Assembly: GCF_963921235.1 (NCBI RefSeq)
Contig: NC_086097.1
Span: 70,372,001-70,436,000 of the forward strand
Length of the DNA stretch: 64,000 bases
Direction of reading: 5' to 3'
DNA from: Mobula hypostoma
Lineage: Eukaryota
Below, piece after piece: positions 1 through 12,257 of this stretch. Each line of letters begins with the position of its first letter. The stretch's first letter is position 1. The translations under genes and the position numbers were made by a program. Below the pieces are notes generated by a model. The model searched no databases, was not told where the DNA came from, and saw only the letters and a program-made list of their open reading frames with translations.

Positions 1-394
1 CAAATAAATGATTCTGCTTACCTTTTTCACTGCCTTGTTGAGAACTTACATATGTAGAATAAAGGTCATGACAACAGACTATTTTACTCAACCAGTACAT
101 GCTGGCATTAGTGCTCAACTCCAGCTTCATCCTCTCACCTAAATCTTTCTGTGCAGTATTTTATTCCACTCTTACTTATGTTCTAGTCCAAACTTCTGTT
201 TAAATGAATCATTGGTATTTCTGCTTCTACATTTTCCCAATTAGATGAAGTACTTTTCTTGACGACATTCTTACGTTGGTGGTCTCTTGGGACTTCCCGG
301 GAACTGGCAGCTCCATGCTTGGTGAAAAGATCCTGTATGGTTCCATCTGAAAATGCCACTTTGTGCGTTTTGGGAATTTGGCATGAAAATATTT

Positions 395-625
395 AGAAAT
401 GCAGCACTGTAACAGGCCCATCCACCACAACAAGCCCATTTTGCCCAATTACACACATGTGGCCAATTAATCTACAAACCCATGCATCTTTGCAACATGG
501 GAGGAAACTGGAGCACCCAGAGGAAACATACGCAGGTCACAGAGAGAGCATACAAGCTGCTTACAGACAGGGGGCAGAACTGAAGCCATGTCACTGGCAC
601 TGTAGTAGAATTACGCTAACCAATG
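395..625 (-). mobile_element. V-SINE-like SINE fragment (decayed)
   Basis: Contains GGGAGGAAACTGGAGCACCCAGAGGAAAC...GCAGGTCACAGAGAGAGCATACAAGCT, resembling the antisense V-domain of vertebrate V-SINEs. Confidence 0.65.
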
Positions 626-1539
626 TCTCAACAGGAGGCTAAGCCCTACCCCCCGATATAGTTGGCTACCAAAGTTGTCAAATCGTACGAGTGACATTCA
701 GAAAAATTCAAAAACATTTCAAAGCAAAAATGTCATGCATTTATAAATTGAATTAATATTATACATTAAAGAAAAGATTCACTAATACAACCCTAAAAGT
801 ACTTCAGAGGAATTGAATTAATTCAAATTATTAAAAGAATCTAAAAATACTGAAAAATAAAAATTCATATTCCATTATAATCAATGAGAAAAGTTAAGCA
901 CCAGGTCTAATTTGACAATGGTTCTTCAAGTGGATTCCCAGTGTAGATGCCAGTTGATCACTATTCTGCATCTGAACCTGATTGGGCAATCAGCGGACAT
1001 TATCTGCTGGCAAATTCTGGTCTTCTGTGCTCATGAACACATGCAGGAAATCCCAAACTTTCTGGCACTTGCACAGGGAAATGCTGGCAGTTATGAACAG
1101 AAACACTGGCATTTCACTGTAAACTTCCCAGCATTATGTAGTGTTATGAAAAGTGATAAAAATGGGCAAATATAACACCAAAGTTGTAAATGGTCTGGTT
1201 CGGATTCAGATGGTTATCAGGAAGAAGTTTCAATGGTGACTACGTTATGGGTATGGCAGATTCCTGAACAAATTCTGCTGCTGGAAGGCTAAATTATGCA
1301 AGTTTTGGCCACTAGGTGATGTCATATTCAAGTCTAAGCTTTTGAATGCTTTGTCGTATCAGTCATGTTTATAAACAAATAGAGTACAGTGAAAAAGAAA
1401 ACGATGAAAATTATAAAGGAAAAACTAAATGAACTGTAGAATGTCATTCTCCACATCCACTCCACCACCTCAATCCTAGCACATCCCTGGTCATTACTCA
1501 GAGAACATGGTAAACTTCTGTTCAGATTGAGATTAGATT

Positions 1540-1840
1540 AAAGAGTCGTAGAGAAGTACAGCACAAAAGCAGACCCTTTGGCCCATCTCGTCGATGCCAA
1601 ACCATTTAAATTGCCTACCTCCATCAGCCTGTACTGGGACTATAGCCTTCCATACCCCTACTATCCATGTGCCTATCTAAACTTCACTTAAACGTTGAAA
1701 TCGAGATTGCATGCACCACTTGTGCTGGCAGCTCATTCCATACTCTATGATCTTTTGAGTAAAGAAGTTTCCTCTCATGTTCCCCTTAAACTTCCCAGCT
1801 TTCTCCCTTAACCTATGACCTCTAGTTGTAGTCCCACCCA
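1540..1840 (-). mobile_element. CR1 LINE 3' fragment
   Basis: ORF 1677-1895(-) has TTTRGHRLREKAGKFKGNMRGNFFTQKI, matching the CR1 ORF2 C-terminal TRGH...FFTQRVV motif, followed by a CR1-type 3' UTR. Confidence 0.85.
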
Positions 1841-1844
1841 AAGG

Positions 1845-2540
1845 AGGTTTGCGAAAATGATTCCAGGGTTGAAAGGCTTGTCGTATGAAGGGCAATTGAT
1901 AGCTCTGGGCCTCTACTCACTGGAATTTGAAAGAATGAAGGGTGACATTATTGAAACCTATTGAATGTTGAAAGTCTATGATAGTGTGGATGTGGAAAGG
2001 TTGTTTCCTATGGTAGTAGAGTCTAAGATCAGAGGAGACAGCCTCAGAGGTGTGCCTCCCTTTAGGATGGTGATGAGGAGGAACTTCTTTAGCCAAAGAG
2101 CAGTGAATCTGTGGAATTTGTTGCCACAGGCAGCTGTAGAGGTAAACACAAAATACTCTATAGATGCTGGAGTCAAAGCAACACTTGCAACACGCTGGAG
2201 GAACTCAGCAGGTCGGGCAGCATCTGTGGAAATGATCAGTCAACGTTTCAGGTCGGGAGCTGACGAAGGGTTCCGGCCTGAAACGTTGACTGATTGTTTC
2301 CACAGATGCTGCCTGACCTGCTGAGTTCCTCCAGCGTTTTGTGAGTGTAGCTGTAGAGGTATATTTAAGGCAGAGCTTGATTGATTCTTGATAAATCAGG
2401 ACATTCAGGGATACCGGGAGAAGGCAGGAGATTGGAACTGAGAGGGAAAATGGATCAGCTGTGATAAAATGGCAGGACAGACTCGATGGCCAAACGGCCT
2501 AATTCTGCTCCTGAACTTTATGGTCTTGTGGTCTTATGGC
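1845..2540 (+). mobile_element. CR1 LINE 3' fragment, interrupted by a fold-back element
   Basis: RLFPMVVESKIRGDSLR...RRNFFSQRAVNLWNLLPQ; 3' UTR GGCCAAACGGCCTAATTCTGCTCC and (TTATGGTC)-type tail; split at 2145-2348. Confidence 0.9.
2145..2348. mobile_element. Fold-back Penelope-derived short element with 13-bp TSD
   Basis: Arms GCTGGAGGAACTCAGCAGGTC...GTCAACGTTTCAGG and CCTGAAACGTTGAC...GACCTGCTGAGTTCCTCCAGC are reverse complements; flanked by AGCTGTAGAGGTA at 2132-2144 and 2349-2361. Confidence 0.85.
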
Positions 2541-3919
2541 CTCACCTACTGCATGGTGATTTTTGCTAGAAGGCTGTGTGTGGTAATATCTGTGGTGAAA
2601 TAACCCACCACCATATGTTCCAGACTAGTAAGGAAGAGTTGTCACTCAGTTTGAAGGACAATCACTGTCCATGAACGTACAACTCCATTCTCTCACCTGG
2701 TTCTGAATAGGGGAAAAGTGAAAAAAAAAGATTGAAATAAATGAAAGTGGAAGCATTAATTTTTGTTTGGTTCTCTCTGACTGCATGGATTTTAAAGGGT
2801 TTGAGAAGTTCTTTAATTTGATCTTTACACGGTAAAATAACTTCCAGAGCAGCTATTTCATAGCAACTAAGACAGTGAAGTGAAAATCCAGTTAAATACA
2901 CATTACCAAATTGACAAAGACACTGATTCTGAAGGAGGTGAATTCAACTGCATTCATACGTTTGTGGTTTTTAAGATCTCAATGCACTTAACAAGTAAAG
3001 GTGATAATTACCACACTTCTGCTTCCTCAGCAGAATATCGGCTTCGTCAATATTTGGACTTCTGTATTTTGAGCTTTGCCAGCAAAACCTGGGCCGCAAA
3101 AACACAAGGCATTGTTTAGTTGAGCTGGGTGCTGACTCACTTTTGATTTAGAGTGCAAAGCACAGACAATCAGTTATAGCACCAGTCACTCTGGGTTCTG
3201 CTTTGGCAGTGTGGCGATGAGTTAGGCCTTGACATCAATCGGAGTGTTTCCAAACTGGAACCCAGAAACACAATGCAGAAGGTATTCGAGAACGTCACCA
3301 CTGCATCTCACTGTGCCGCTCCCCTCAACCCCCAACAAAGCTGCTTACTTAAATGATCAAGAGGTGGCAAGATGGATGCTTATTGATTTACCTTGTCTGT
3401 TAAAGTAAGAATTGGCGCTGTCCACAGTTTCCTGACTTTGTTAGTTTGGAGTCTTAAGGGGGTGTGGGAGAAGCAAGATTTTATCTTCCCCCTTAGGCTT
3501 TGTCCTATCTAAGTTTTCTTCCAGATGGGCTGCTCAAGTTCCTTTACATTTGAAGTACACTGGAGTCTGGACAGACGTGAGAACCCTTTCAGTCAGTACA
3601 CATAGGTCTCAGGCTGCAGGCTTCTTTGACAGCAAGTGTAGTCTCTGTGGCATGTCCACATCTCCGGTCTGCTTGCACAATTTACACCTGTAGCCTGGAA
3701 GTCTGGAGTTTGGGTGGACTTATGCAGATTTGAGGTTTGCAAACAAAGCGCTCAGGTTGCCTGAAGCTCAGGGTCAAATCGCAGAGTTGTATTCAAGCCA
3801 CAATTCCCCTTTAGCCACCTCAGTGAGAAGTAATAAGTGGGGCAATTCTGTAAAGAGTTCCCCACTGAGATGTGGTGTGATTGTTACTACAGGCCAGGGC
3901 CACAACTGCACTATCAGAG

Positions 3920-4620
3920 GCTATTAAGGTCAATGTGGCTCTCGGCTTTTAAATTCCTGGACAAAAGGGGCAAAAGTGTATAATTGCCACCCCCACCCTG
4001 ATGATTACCTTTGCGTCAGGCTGTGGGTGGAACACAAGTACCACTACTTACTGAGGCTCCATTTGTTCCCTGGTGCTAGGAAGGATGGAGCTGGCTCTGT
4101 CACCGTCCACTGTCCCAGTCAGCTGCGTGATGCCACACGGCCTGTTCTTCCAGACCAACACCTTTGACCACAAGTCCGTCGGGCAGTGGTCGGCATAGGA
4201 GGCCCTACAGGAGAATGACGATGAATACAGTCGGGCGGTTCCCTGGGCAGGCTGGCCAGACGATCATCAGAATGCAGATATCACCAACAGGCACCAAGAC
4301 CTTGCCTGGCAAGCAGTGACTTTCAGATCCTTTCTGCATGTCCAGACCATCACGCTCTCTGCGCGCTGTCCATGGGGTGGCTGCGGCGGGAATGGGACGG
4401 TTGATCACCTCTTTATAGATTGTGGCTTTGCGAGGAGGGTGTGGAGAATGACGTGAGGGCCTGTCATGGTTTACCACAAGCAGCTGAGTGACAGAGGACT
4501 TTAATCTACTGGCTGTTCCCAGGGGCACACAGAGAAACCTCCAGCTCTTTCCTGGCTGGAGCAGGGATAGCTGCAACTTTTTGCTGATTACAGCCTACAG
4601 ATGCATTCAAAAGGTGAGAG
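3920..4620 (+). mobile_element. Tx1-like (L1 clade) non-LTR retrotransposon ORF2 3' fragment, decayed
   Basis: Manual translation gives HQDLAWQAV..RSFLH...ARCPWGGCGGNGTVDHLFIDCGFARRVWR, a zf-RVT-type CCHC motif; preceded by CVRLWVEHKYHYLLRLHL. Confidence 0.8.
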
Positions 4621-4784
4621 GTGCTCCCTGTTGCGGGGTGTAGAATGCATTGATTTGACTTCAGCACACTACACTCACCTTGCATTGAAGTAATCATATC
4701 TCCAGTAAGCCTCGAAGGTATACCAAAATAAACTGGCATCCCACTCCCCAAATACACATGATGCCCCCATCTTGTCTAGGATTT

Positions 4785-6085
4785 AAGATGATACCGTACA
4801 TTCATTCTGGAATATTCAATGATGCATTCTCTATGCTAAATTAGGTCATCAAGGCAGTGAAGCAACAATACTGAGACAAGATTCAGACTCAACTTTCCAA
4901 CGCAGTGGAGTTTCCAACATCGGTGCCTCTCTCCCAGGTGAGCTAAATCTTCCTTACACTTGATTTGATGTAGCCAATATTGAGCCACTGAGGAGACCTG
5001 CAGATGATGTGACTGGCACCTTGGTCATCTCTGAGGCTGAAGTACGCAGGTGTTTCCAATGAGTGGACAGTCGCAAGGCTGCAGGACTGGACGGCATCCC
5101 AGGGTGGGTACTCAGAGTGTGCACAGCACAACTGGCAGGTGTGTTTACAGACATTTTTAATCTCTCCCTCTTCCAGTGTAGAATGCCCTCCTGCTTCAAA
5201 ACATCCACCATTGTCCCTGTATCTAAAAAGACCAAGGTTACATGTCTGAACAGCTGGTATCCTGTTGCATTCATTTCAATAATAAGCAGATGCTTTGAGA
5301 GGCTGGTCAAGGACTACATCTGCAGCTTGCTATCACCCACACTGGACCCCCTACAGTTCGCCTTATGACACAATCGATTGACGGATGATGCAATTGCCAT
5401 AGCTCTACACACCGTCCTTACACATCTGCAGAAGGATGCTTATGTGAGAACGCTGTTCTTGAACTACAGTTCAGCATTCAGCACCATAATTCCCTCCAGG
5501 TTCGACAAGAAGCTCAGAGACCACAAGGATCCTGGACTTCCTGTCAGATCACCAACAGGTGGTAAGAGTGGACTCCCTCACCTCTGCTCCTTTGACCCTC
5601 AACACAGGTACCCCTCAGGGCTGTGTACTAAGCCCCCTCCTTTACTGTCTGTATATCCATGACTGTGTTGCCACCCACAGCTCCAGTATGCTAATTAAAT
5701 TTGCTGACGACACTACACTGATTGGCCTTATTTCAAATAATAATGAGGCAGCCTACAAAGAGGAAGTCATCACCCTGATACAGTGTTGTCAAGAAAACAA
5801 CCTCTTGCTCAACGTCGCAAAAACAAAGGAGCTGGTTGTGGACTACAGGAGGAATGGAGACAGGCTAACCACTATTGACATCAATGCATCTCGGGTTGAA
5901 AGGGTGAATAGCTTTAAGTTCCTCGGCATATACATCACCGAAGATCTCATGAGGTGTGTACATACTGGCTGTGTGATGAAAAAGGCACAACAGCACCTCT
6001 TTCACCTCAGACAGTTGAAGAAGTTTGGTATGGCCCTCCATGTTCTAAGAACTTTCTACAGGGGCACAGTTGAGAGCATCCTGAG
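4785..6085 (+). mobile_element. Rex1/Babar LINE RT region, frameshifted
   Basis: [46 protein letters not shown] and KFADDTT spread over three frames. Confidence 0.9.
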
Positions 6086-6719
6086 GGGTATCGATGTTGG
6101 AAATTCCATTGCGTTTCGCTTTGAAGCCTGCGATAGTGTGCAGACCTTGCCATAAGCCATCGAGTGATAGATTAATACAGCAATGTTACAGACCATATGG
6201 CTCAGCTTGTCCATACCTACCATGGTTTGCATCAAGCTATTCCTGCTTTCCTGTGTTTGTACCTTCATGAAGAAATTAGGGAAGCCATTTAGTGGCCATC
6301 TCCTGTATTAACACACTTTTAAAGGCACATCCTTGCCAATTAATTCATTGTTCAGGACATCTGTTTTGTCATTTAATATTATGGCTATTTGTATATTCCC
6401 TCAACACTGTAACAAAAGAGGAATATTTTGCATATCTGAAGTTTATGCTCAGAAGCTCTCGGGCTAGTTGCCAATATTTGAATATTCAAAAGGATTTCAT
6501 TGGTTGGGATGTGCTCTCTTTGTTGATATATAATTCTGCAAAGCTACCTGCCTGCATTCAAAATTTTACAGTTAAGTAGGTAGTTATAGCCATGAAAGCT
6601 CTAGTTGATCACTTTTTGTTGTCTTTGTGTTCAAAAAGTATAAAACATTTTGCTGGGAGAGGAGAAAAAGATTTTCACCAGAAGATCTGCTGAGCTGAAT
6701 AAAAACATTTTATGTTTCC

Positions 6720-6920
6720 CAGCTACAGCCTCCATGTGGCTCTCTTCAGCAGTCACCACACCATGTGATCTAACTTTCCAGACCTGCCTGCCATGTGGGA
6801 CCTCTCCCAAGGCCTTGCCAAAGTCCATAGAAAACATCGACTACTCTACCCTCATCTGTCCTCTTGACAACCTCTTTAAAAAACTATAGAGAGTTGTCAG
6901 ACATGATTTGCCATGCAGAG
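6720..6920 (-). mobile_element. CR1 RT fragment
   Basis: MDFGKALGEVPHGRQVWKVRSHG corresponds to CR1 DFSKAFDKVPH.RL..K...HG. Confidence 0.75.
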
Positions 6921-7299
6921 GGCCCTTTGATAGATTCATTTGGATAGCCAAGGTCTAACAGTCATCTTGTTTTCAGATTTGTATTTTTTAAGGGGTTTTC
7001 TTTCCCCTTTTGTATCATGTGTCTAAGTTCCTTTTTCCTGATTATGTTTTATGCAACATTATAAAAAAAATGTTGGGCTGCGTGGAACAAGGTGGGCTTT
7101 CAGCCATTTTTGCAGGGCTTCTGCAAAGAGACTTCAGGGTGTCAATGTCATCTCAGATGCTTCTTCTCTACCCTGAGTGGTCAGGAGCGGATTTCAACCA
7201 GCCAGTGGCAGTTTTGGGAATGTTCTGGAATCCCTTCCTCTGCCTTTTTGTTTCTCTCTTGCTATGACTGCGTTTGACTGTCTGTCTTTGGAGGCTGAT

Positions 7300-9523
7300 G
7301 TCAAGTCAAGTCAAGTCACATTTTATTGTCATTTTGACAATAACTGCTAGTACAGTACACAGTAAAAATGAGACAACATTTTTCAGGACCATGGTGCTAC
7401 ATGAAACAATACAAAAACTACACTTAACTATGTAAAGCAACACAAAAACTACATTAGACTACAGACCTACCCAGACTGCATAAAGTGCACAAAACAGTGC
7501 AGACATTACAATAAATAATAAACAAGACAATAGGTACAGTAGAGGGCAGTAGGTTGGTGTCAGCCCAGGCTCTGGGTATTGAGGAGTCTGATGACTTGGG
7601 GGAAGAAACTGTTACATAGTCTAGTCGTGAGAGCCCGAGTGCTTTGGTACCTTTTGCCAGATGGCAGGAGGGAGAAGAGTTTGTATGAGAGGTGCGTGGG
7701 GTCCTTCATAATGCTGTTTGCTTTGTGGATGCAGCGTGTGGTGTAAATGTCTAATGGCGGGAAGAGAGACCCCGATGATCTTCTCAGCTGACCTCACTAT
7801 CCGCTGCAGGGTCTTGTGATCCGAGATGGTGCAATTTCTGAACCAGGCAGTGATGCAGCTGCTCAGGATGCTCTCAATACAACCTCTGTAGAATGTGGTG
7901 AGGATGTGGGGGTGGTAGATGGACTTTTCTCAGCCTTCGCAGAAAGTAGAGATGCTGCTGGGCTTTCTTTGCTATGGAGCTGGTGTTGAGGGACCAGGTG
8001 AGAGCCTCCGCCAGGTGAACACCAAGAAATTTGGTGCTTTTAACGATCTCTACGGAGGAGTCGTTGATGTTCAGCGGAGAGTGGTCGCTCCGTGTCCTCC
8101 TGAAGTCAACAACCATCTCTTTTGTTTTGTTCACATTCAGAGACAGGTTGTTGGCTCTGCAACAGTCCATTAGCCGCTGCACCTCCTCTCTGTATGCTGA
8201 CTCATTGTTCTTGCTGATGAGACCCACCACGGATGTGTCATCGGCGAACTTGATGATGTGGTTCGAGCTGTGTGTTGCAGCACAGTCGCGGGTCAGCAGA
8301 GTGAACAGCAGTGGGCTGAGCACACAGCCCTGGGGGGCCCCGTGCTCAGTGTGATGGTGTTGGAGATGCTGCTTCCAATCCAGACTGACTGAGGCCTCCC
8401 AGTCAGGAAGTCTAGGATCCAGTTGCAGAGGGAGGTGTTCAGGCCCGGTAGGCTCAGCTTTCCAATCAGTTTCTGAGGAATGATTGTGTTGAATGCTGAA
8501 CTGAAGTCTATGAACAACATTCGAACGTACATGTCTTTTTTGTCCAGGTGGAGGGTGATGGCAATGGTGTCGTCTGTTGAACGGTTGGGGTTGGTATGCG
8601 AACTGCAGGGGGTCCAGTGAGGGGGGCAGCAGGGTCTTGATGTGCCTCATGACGAGCCTCTCAAAACACTTCATGATGATGGATGAGAGTGCAACGGGAC
8701 AGTAGTCGTTGAGGCAGGACACTGAAGACTCCTTTGGCACGGGGACGATGGTGGCGGCCTTGAAGCACATAGGAACGATGGTGCTGCTCAGGGAGATGTT
8801 GAAGATGTCAGTGAGAATATCTGCTAGCTTGTCTGCACATCCTCTAAGCACTCTGCCAGGAATATTGTCTTGTCCAGCAGCCTTTCAAGCGTTGACCCTG
8901 CACAGGGTTATCCTCACATCGGCCACGGTAAGACATAGCACCTGCTCGTTTGGAGAAAGGGTGGTCTTCCTCACCACCACGTCATTTTCTGCCTCAAAAT
9001 GAGCGTGGAAGTTGCTCAGCGCATCTGGGAGGGAGGCATCACCCACACAGTCAGGTGATGTTGTCCCGTAGTTGGTGATGTCCTGAATGCCCTTCCACAT
9101 GTGCCGCGTGTCGCTGCTGTCCTGGAAGTGGCTGTGGATTCACTGGGCATGTGCACGCTTTGCCTCTCTGTTAGCCCGGGACAGCTTGGCCCTCGCTGTT
9201 GTTAGGTCTGCCTTGTTGCCTCCTCTGAAGGCGGAGTCACGGGTCCTCAGCAGTGCACGCACCTCCACGGTCATCCATGGCTTCTGGTTAGGGCGTGGTC
9301 TTGGCCACAGTGATGTCATCGATGCACTTGCTGATGTAGCTAGTCACTGATGCCGTGTAATCCTCTAATTTGGTAGAGTCGCCATCATTTGCAGCCTGCC
9401 TGAAGATGTGCCAGTCAGTGTGTTCAAAGCAGTCTTGGAGAGCAGAGATGGCTCCTGCTGGCCAGGTTTTCACCTGCTTCTGAACTGGTCTGGAGCGCCT
9501 GACGAGCAGTCTGTATGCTGGGA
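7300..9523 (-). mobile_element. Rex1/Babar LINE, 5'-truncated, with (ACTTG)n tail
   Basis: ORFs 7874-8851, 8293-8532, 8885-9100 and 9288-9533 carry RT motifs ([32 protein letters not shown]); tail GTCAAGTCAAGTCAAGTCA and antisense AATAAA near 7300-7330. Confidence 0.93.
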
Positions 9524-10508
9524 ACCTGATCAAGTATAATAAGTGCCTTGATGCTGGGATAGGTGCTTACATTAGTTGGTTTACCTTGTCAATTGATTTG
9601 CAGAATTTTGTGCAGTTAGTGTTAGTGGTATCTCTCCAGTGCATTGAAATGCCTTCCTTGAGTAGTCCAATTCTCAGAAGCAGAAATCACCTGCCTGTTA
9701 GAAATCTACTGCCTGTTGGACCATGGGTACTGTGTCACATTTCAGGTCTTGATCTTCAAATATTCTTGTCCAGAGTTATGGTGAATTTTATTATCAATCT
9801 TTACTCTAATTGGGAATGGCTTCTAGATATGTGAAGTGATCTGTGTTTACTAGAGTCCCATTCCGGACATTTGCTGTTGCAGTGTGATAGTGCAGGAGCA
9901 GTTCAGTGGAGTAAGGCCATACTTCAGTGATGGCTTGGAGCTTGCCCTCTAAGTATCATGGAATGCCCTTAATTCTAGAGTGAAGGATGAACAGCTTCCC
10001 AATTGTCCTGTAGATTAGCTCCACCCCAACAGTAAGCTTCCTGAAGGTGAGGTGCAGCACTGCAGTGAGGAGCACTGAGAGTAAAGTTTTGGGGTAACGA
10101 TAACTTGCTTTTAAACAATTTGCAATGAGGCTGGCTATGTTATATGTTAGTTGGTTAGGATCATGGATTGTCTGCCATTATGTAGTAGACATAGGAGAAA
10201 GGGGAGATTCCGTGGACCGTCAAGTTTAAGAAGGATGCCTGCTGTCCTCTTGATATCCAGAGTCCAAGATCAAAAAAAGATCATGCGTGCAATGGCTGGT
10301 GCTGCTCCCTGCATTTCTCTTGTAGTTGTCATGCTGTGAAACTGTGTTCACTTTGCCTCTGTACAGATGGAGTCCATGCAGGTTTTCAGAACCAGCCCAT
10401 TGAGAGAGAGGAAGAGGGGTCTGATGATGAGCTTCCTTGTGATAAAGAGTTCACAACTGAATTTGTCTCCTTCCTGAGAAATGGCAGAAGTTGCGATTAG
10501 ATGTTCAT

Positions 10509-12257
10509 TGGCAGACCTATTGAATAACTACTTTGGTTCTGCCTTCACTAAGGAGGACATAAATAATCTTCCGGAAATAGTAGGGGACAGAGGGTCCAGT
10601 GAGATGGAGGAACTGAGCGAAATACATGTTAGTAGGGAAGTGGTGTTAGGTAAATTGAAGAGATTAAAGGCAGATAAATCCCTATGGCCAGATGTTCTGC
10701 ATCCCAGAGTGCTTAAGGAAGTAGCCCAAGAAATAGTGGATGCATTAGTGATAATTTTTCAAAACTCTTTAGAATCTGGATTAGTTCCTGAGGATTGGAG
10801 GGTGGCTAATGTAACCCAGCTTTTTAAAAAAGGAGGGAGAGAGAAACCAGGGAATTATAGACCGGTTATCCTAACATCGGTGGTGGGGAAAATGCAAGAG
10901 TCAGTTATCAAAGATGTGATAACAGCACATTTGGGAAGCGGTGAAATCATCGGACAAAGTCAGCATGGATTTGTGAAAGGAAAATCATGTCTGACGAATC
11001 TCATAGAATTTTTTGAGGATGTAACTAGTAGAGTGGATAGGGGAGAACCAGTGGATGTGGTATATTTGGATTTTCAAAAGGTTTTGACAAGGTCCCACAC
11101 AGGAGATTAGTGTGTAAACTTAAAGCACACAGCATTGGGGTTATGGTATTGATGTGGATAGAGAATTGGTTGGCAGACAGGAAGCAAAGAGTGGGAATAA
11201 ACGGGACCTTTTCAGAATGGCAGGCAGTGACTAGTGGGGTACCGCAAGGCTCAGTGCTGGGACCCCAGTTGTTAACAATATATATTACCGATTTAGATGA
11301 GGGAATTAAATGCAGCATCTCCAAGTTTGCGGATGACACGAAGCTGGGCAGCAGTGTTAGCTGTGAGGAGGATGCTAAGAGGATGCAGGGTGACTTGGAT
11401 GGGTTAAGTGAGTGGGCAAATTCATGGCAGATGCAATTTAATGTGGATAAATGTGAAGTTATCCACTTTGGTAGCAAAAACAGGAAAACAGATTATTATC
11501 TGAATGGTGGCCGATTAGGAAAAGGGGAGATGCAACGAGACCTGGGTGTCATTGTACACCAGTCATTGAAAGCGGGCATGCAGGTACAGCAGGCGGTGAA
11601 AAAGACAATGGTATGCTGGCATTCATAGCAAGAGGATTCGAGTACAAGAGCAGGGAGGTACTACTGCAGTTGTACAAGGCCTTGGTGAGACCACAGCTGG
11701 AGTATTGTGTGCAGTTTTGGTCCCTTAATCTGAGGAAAGACATTCTTGCCATAGAGGGAGTACAAAGAAGGTTCACCAGATTGATTCCTGGCAGGACTTT
11801 CATATGATGAAGGACTGGATCGACTAGGCTTATACTCGTTGGAATTCAGAAGATTGAGGGGGGATCTTATTGAAACGTATAAAATCCTAAAGGGATTGGA
11901 CAGGCTAGATGCAGGAAGATTGTTCCCGATGTTGGAGAAGTACAGAATGAGGGGTCACAGTTTAAGGATAAAGGGGAAGCCTTTTAGGACCAAGATGAGG
12001 AAAAACTTCTTCACACATAGAGTGGTGAATCTGTGGAATTCTCTGCCACAGGAAACAGTTGAGGCCAGTTCATTGGCTATATTTAAGAGGGAGTTAGATA
12101 TGGCCCTTGTAGCTAAAGGGATCAGGGGTTATGGAGGGAAGGCAGGTACAGGGTTCTGAGTTGGATGATCAGCCATGATCATACTGAATGGCAGTGAAGG
12201 CTTGAAGGGCCGAATGGCCTACTCCTGCACCAATTTTCTATGTTTCTATGTTTCTAT
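10509..12257 (+). mobile_element. CR1 LINE copy A, 5'-truncated, frameshifted
   Basis: RT motifs YLDFQK, SGVPQGSVLGP and KFADDTKL across four ORFs; (TTTCTATG)n tail; same family as the 48.8 kb and 55.4 kb copies but more diverged. Confidence 0.97.

Noticed and set aside
1540..2540. Head-to-head CR1 fragments as a twin-priming inversion
   Set aside because: The arms overlap in element coordinates and have different 3' UTRs, so they are independent insertions of different subfamilies
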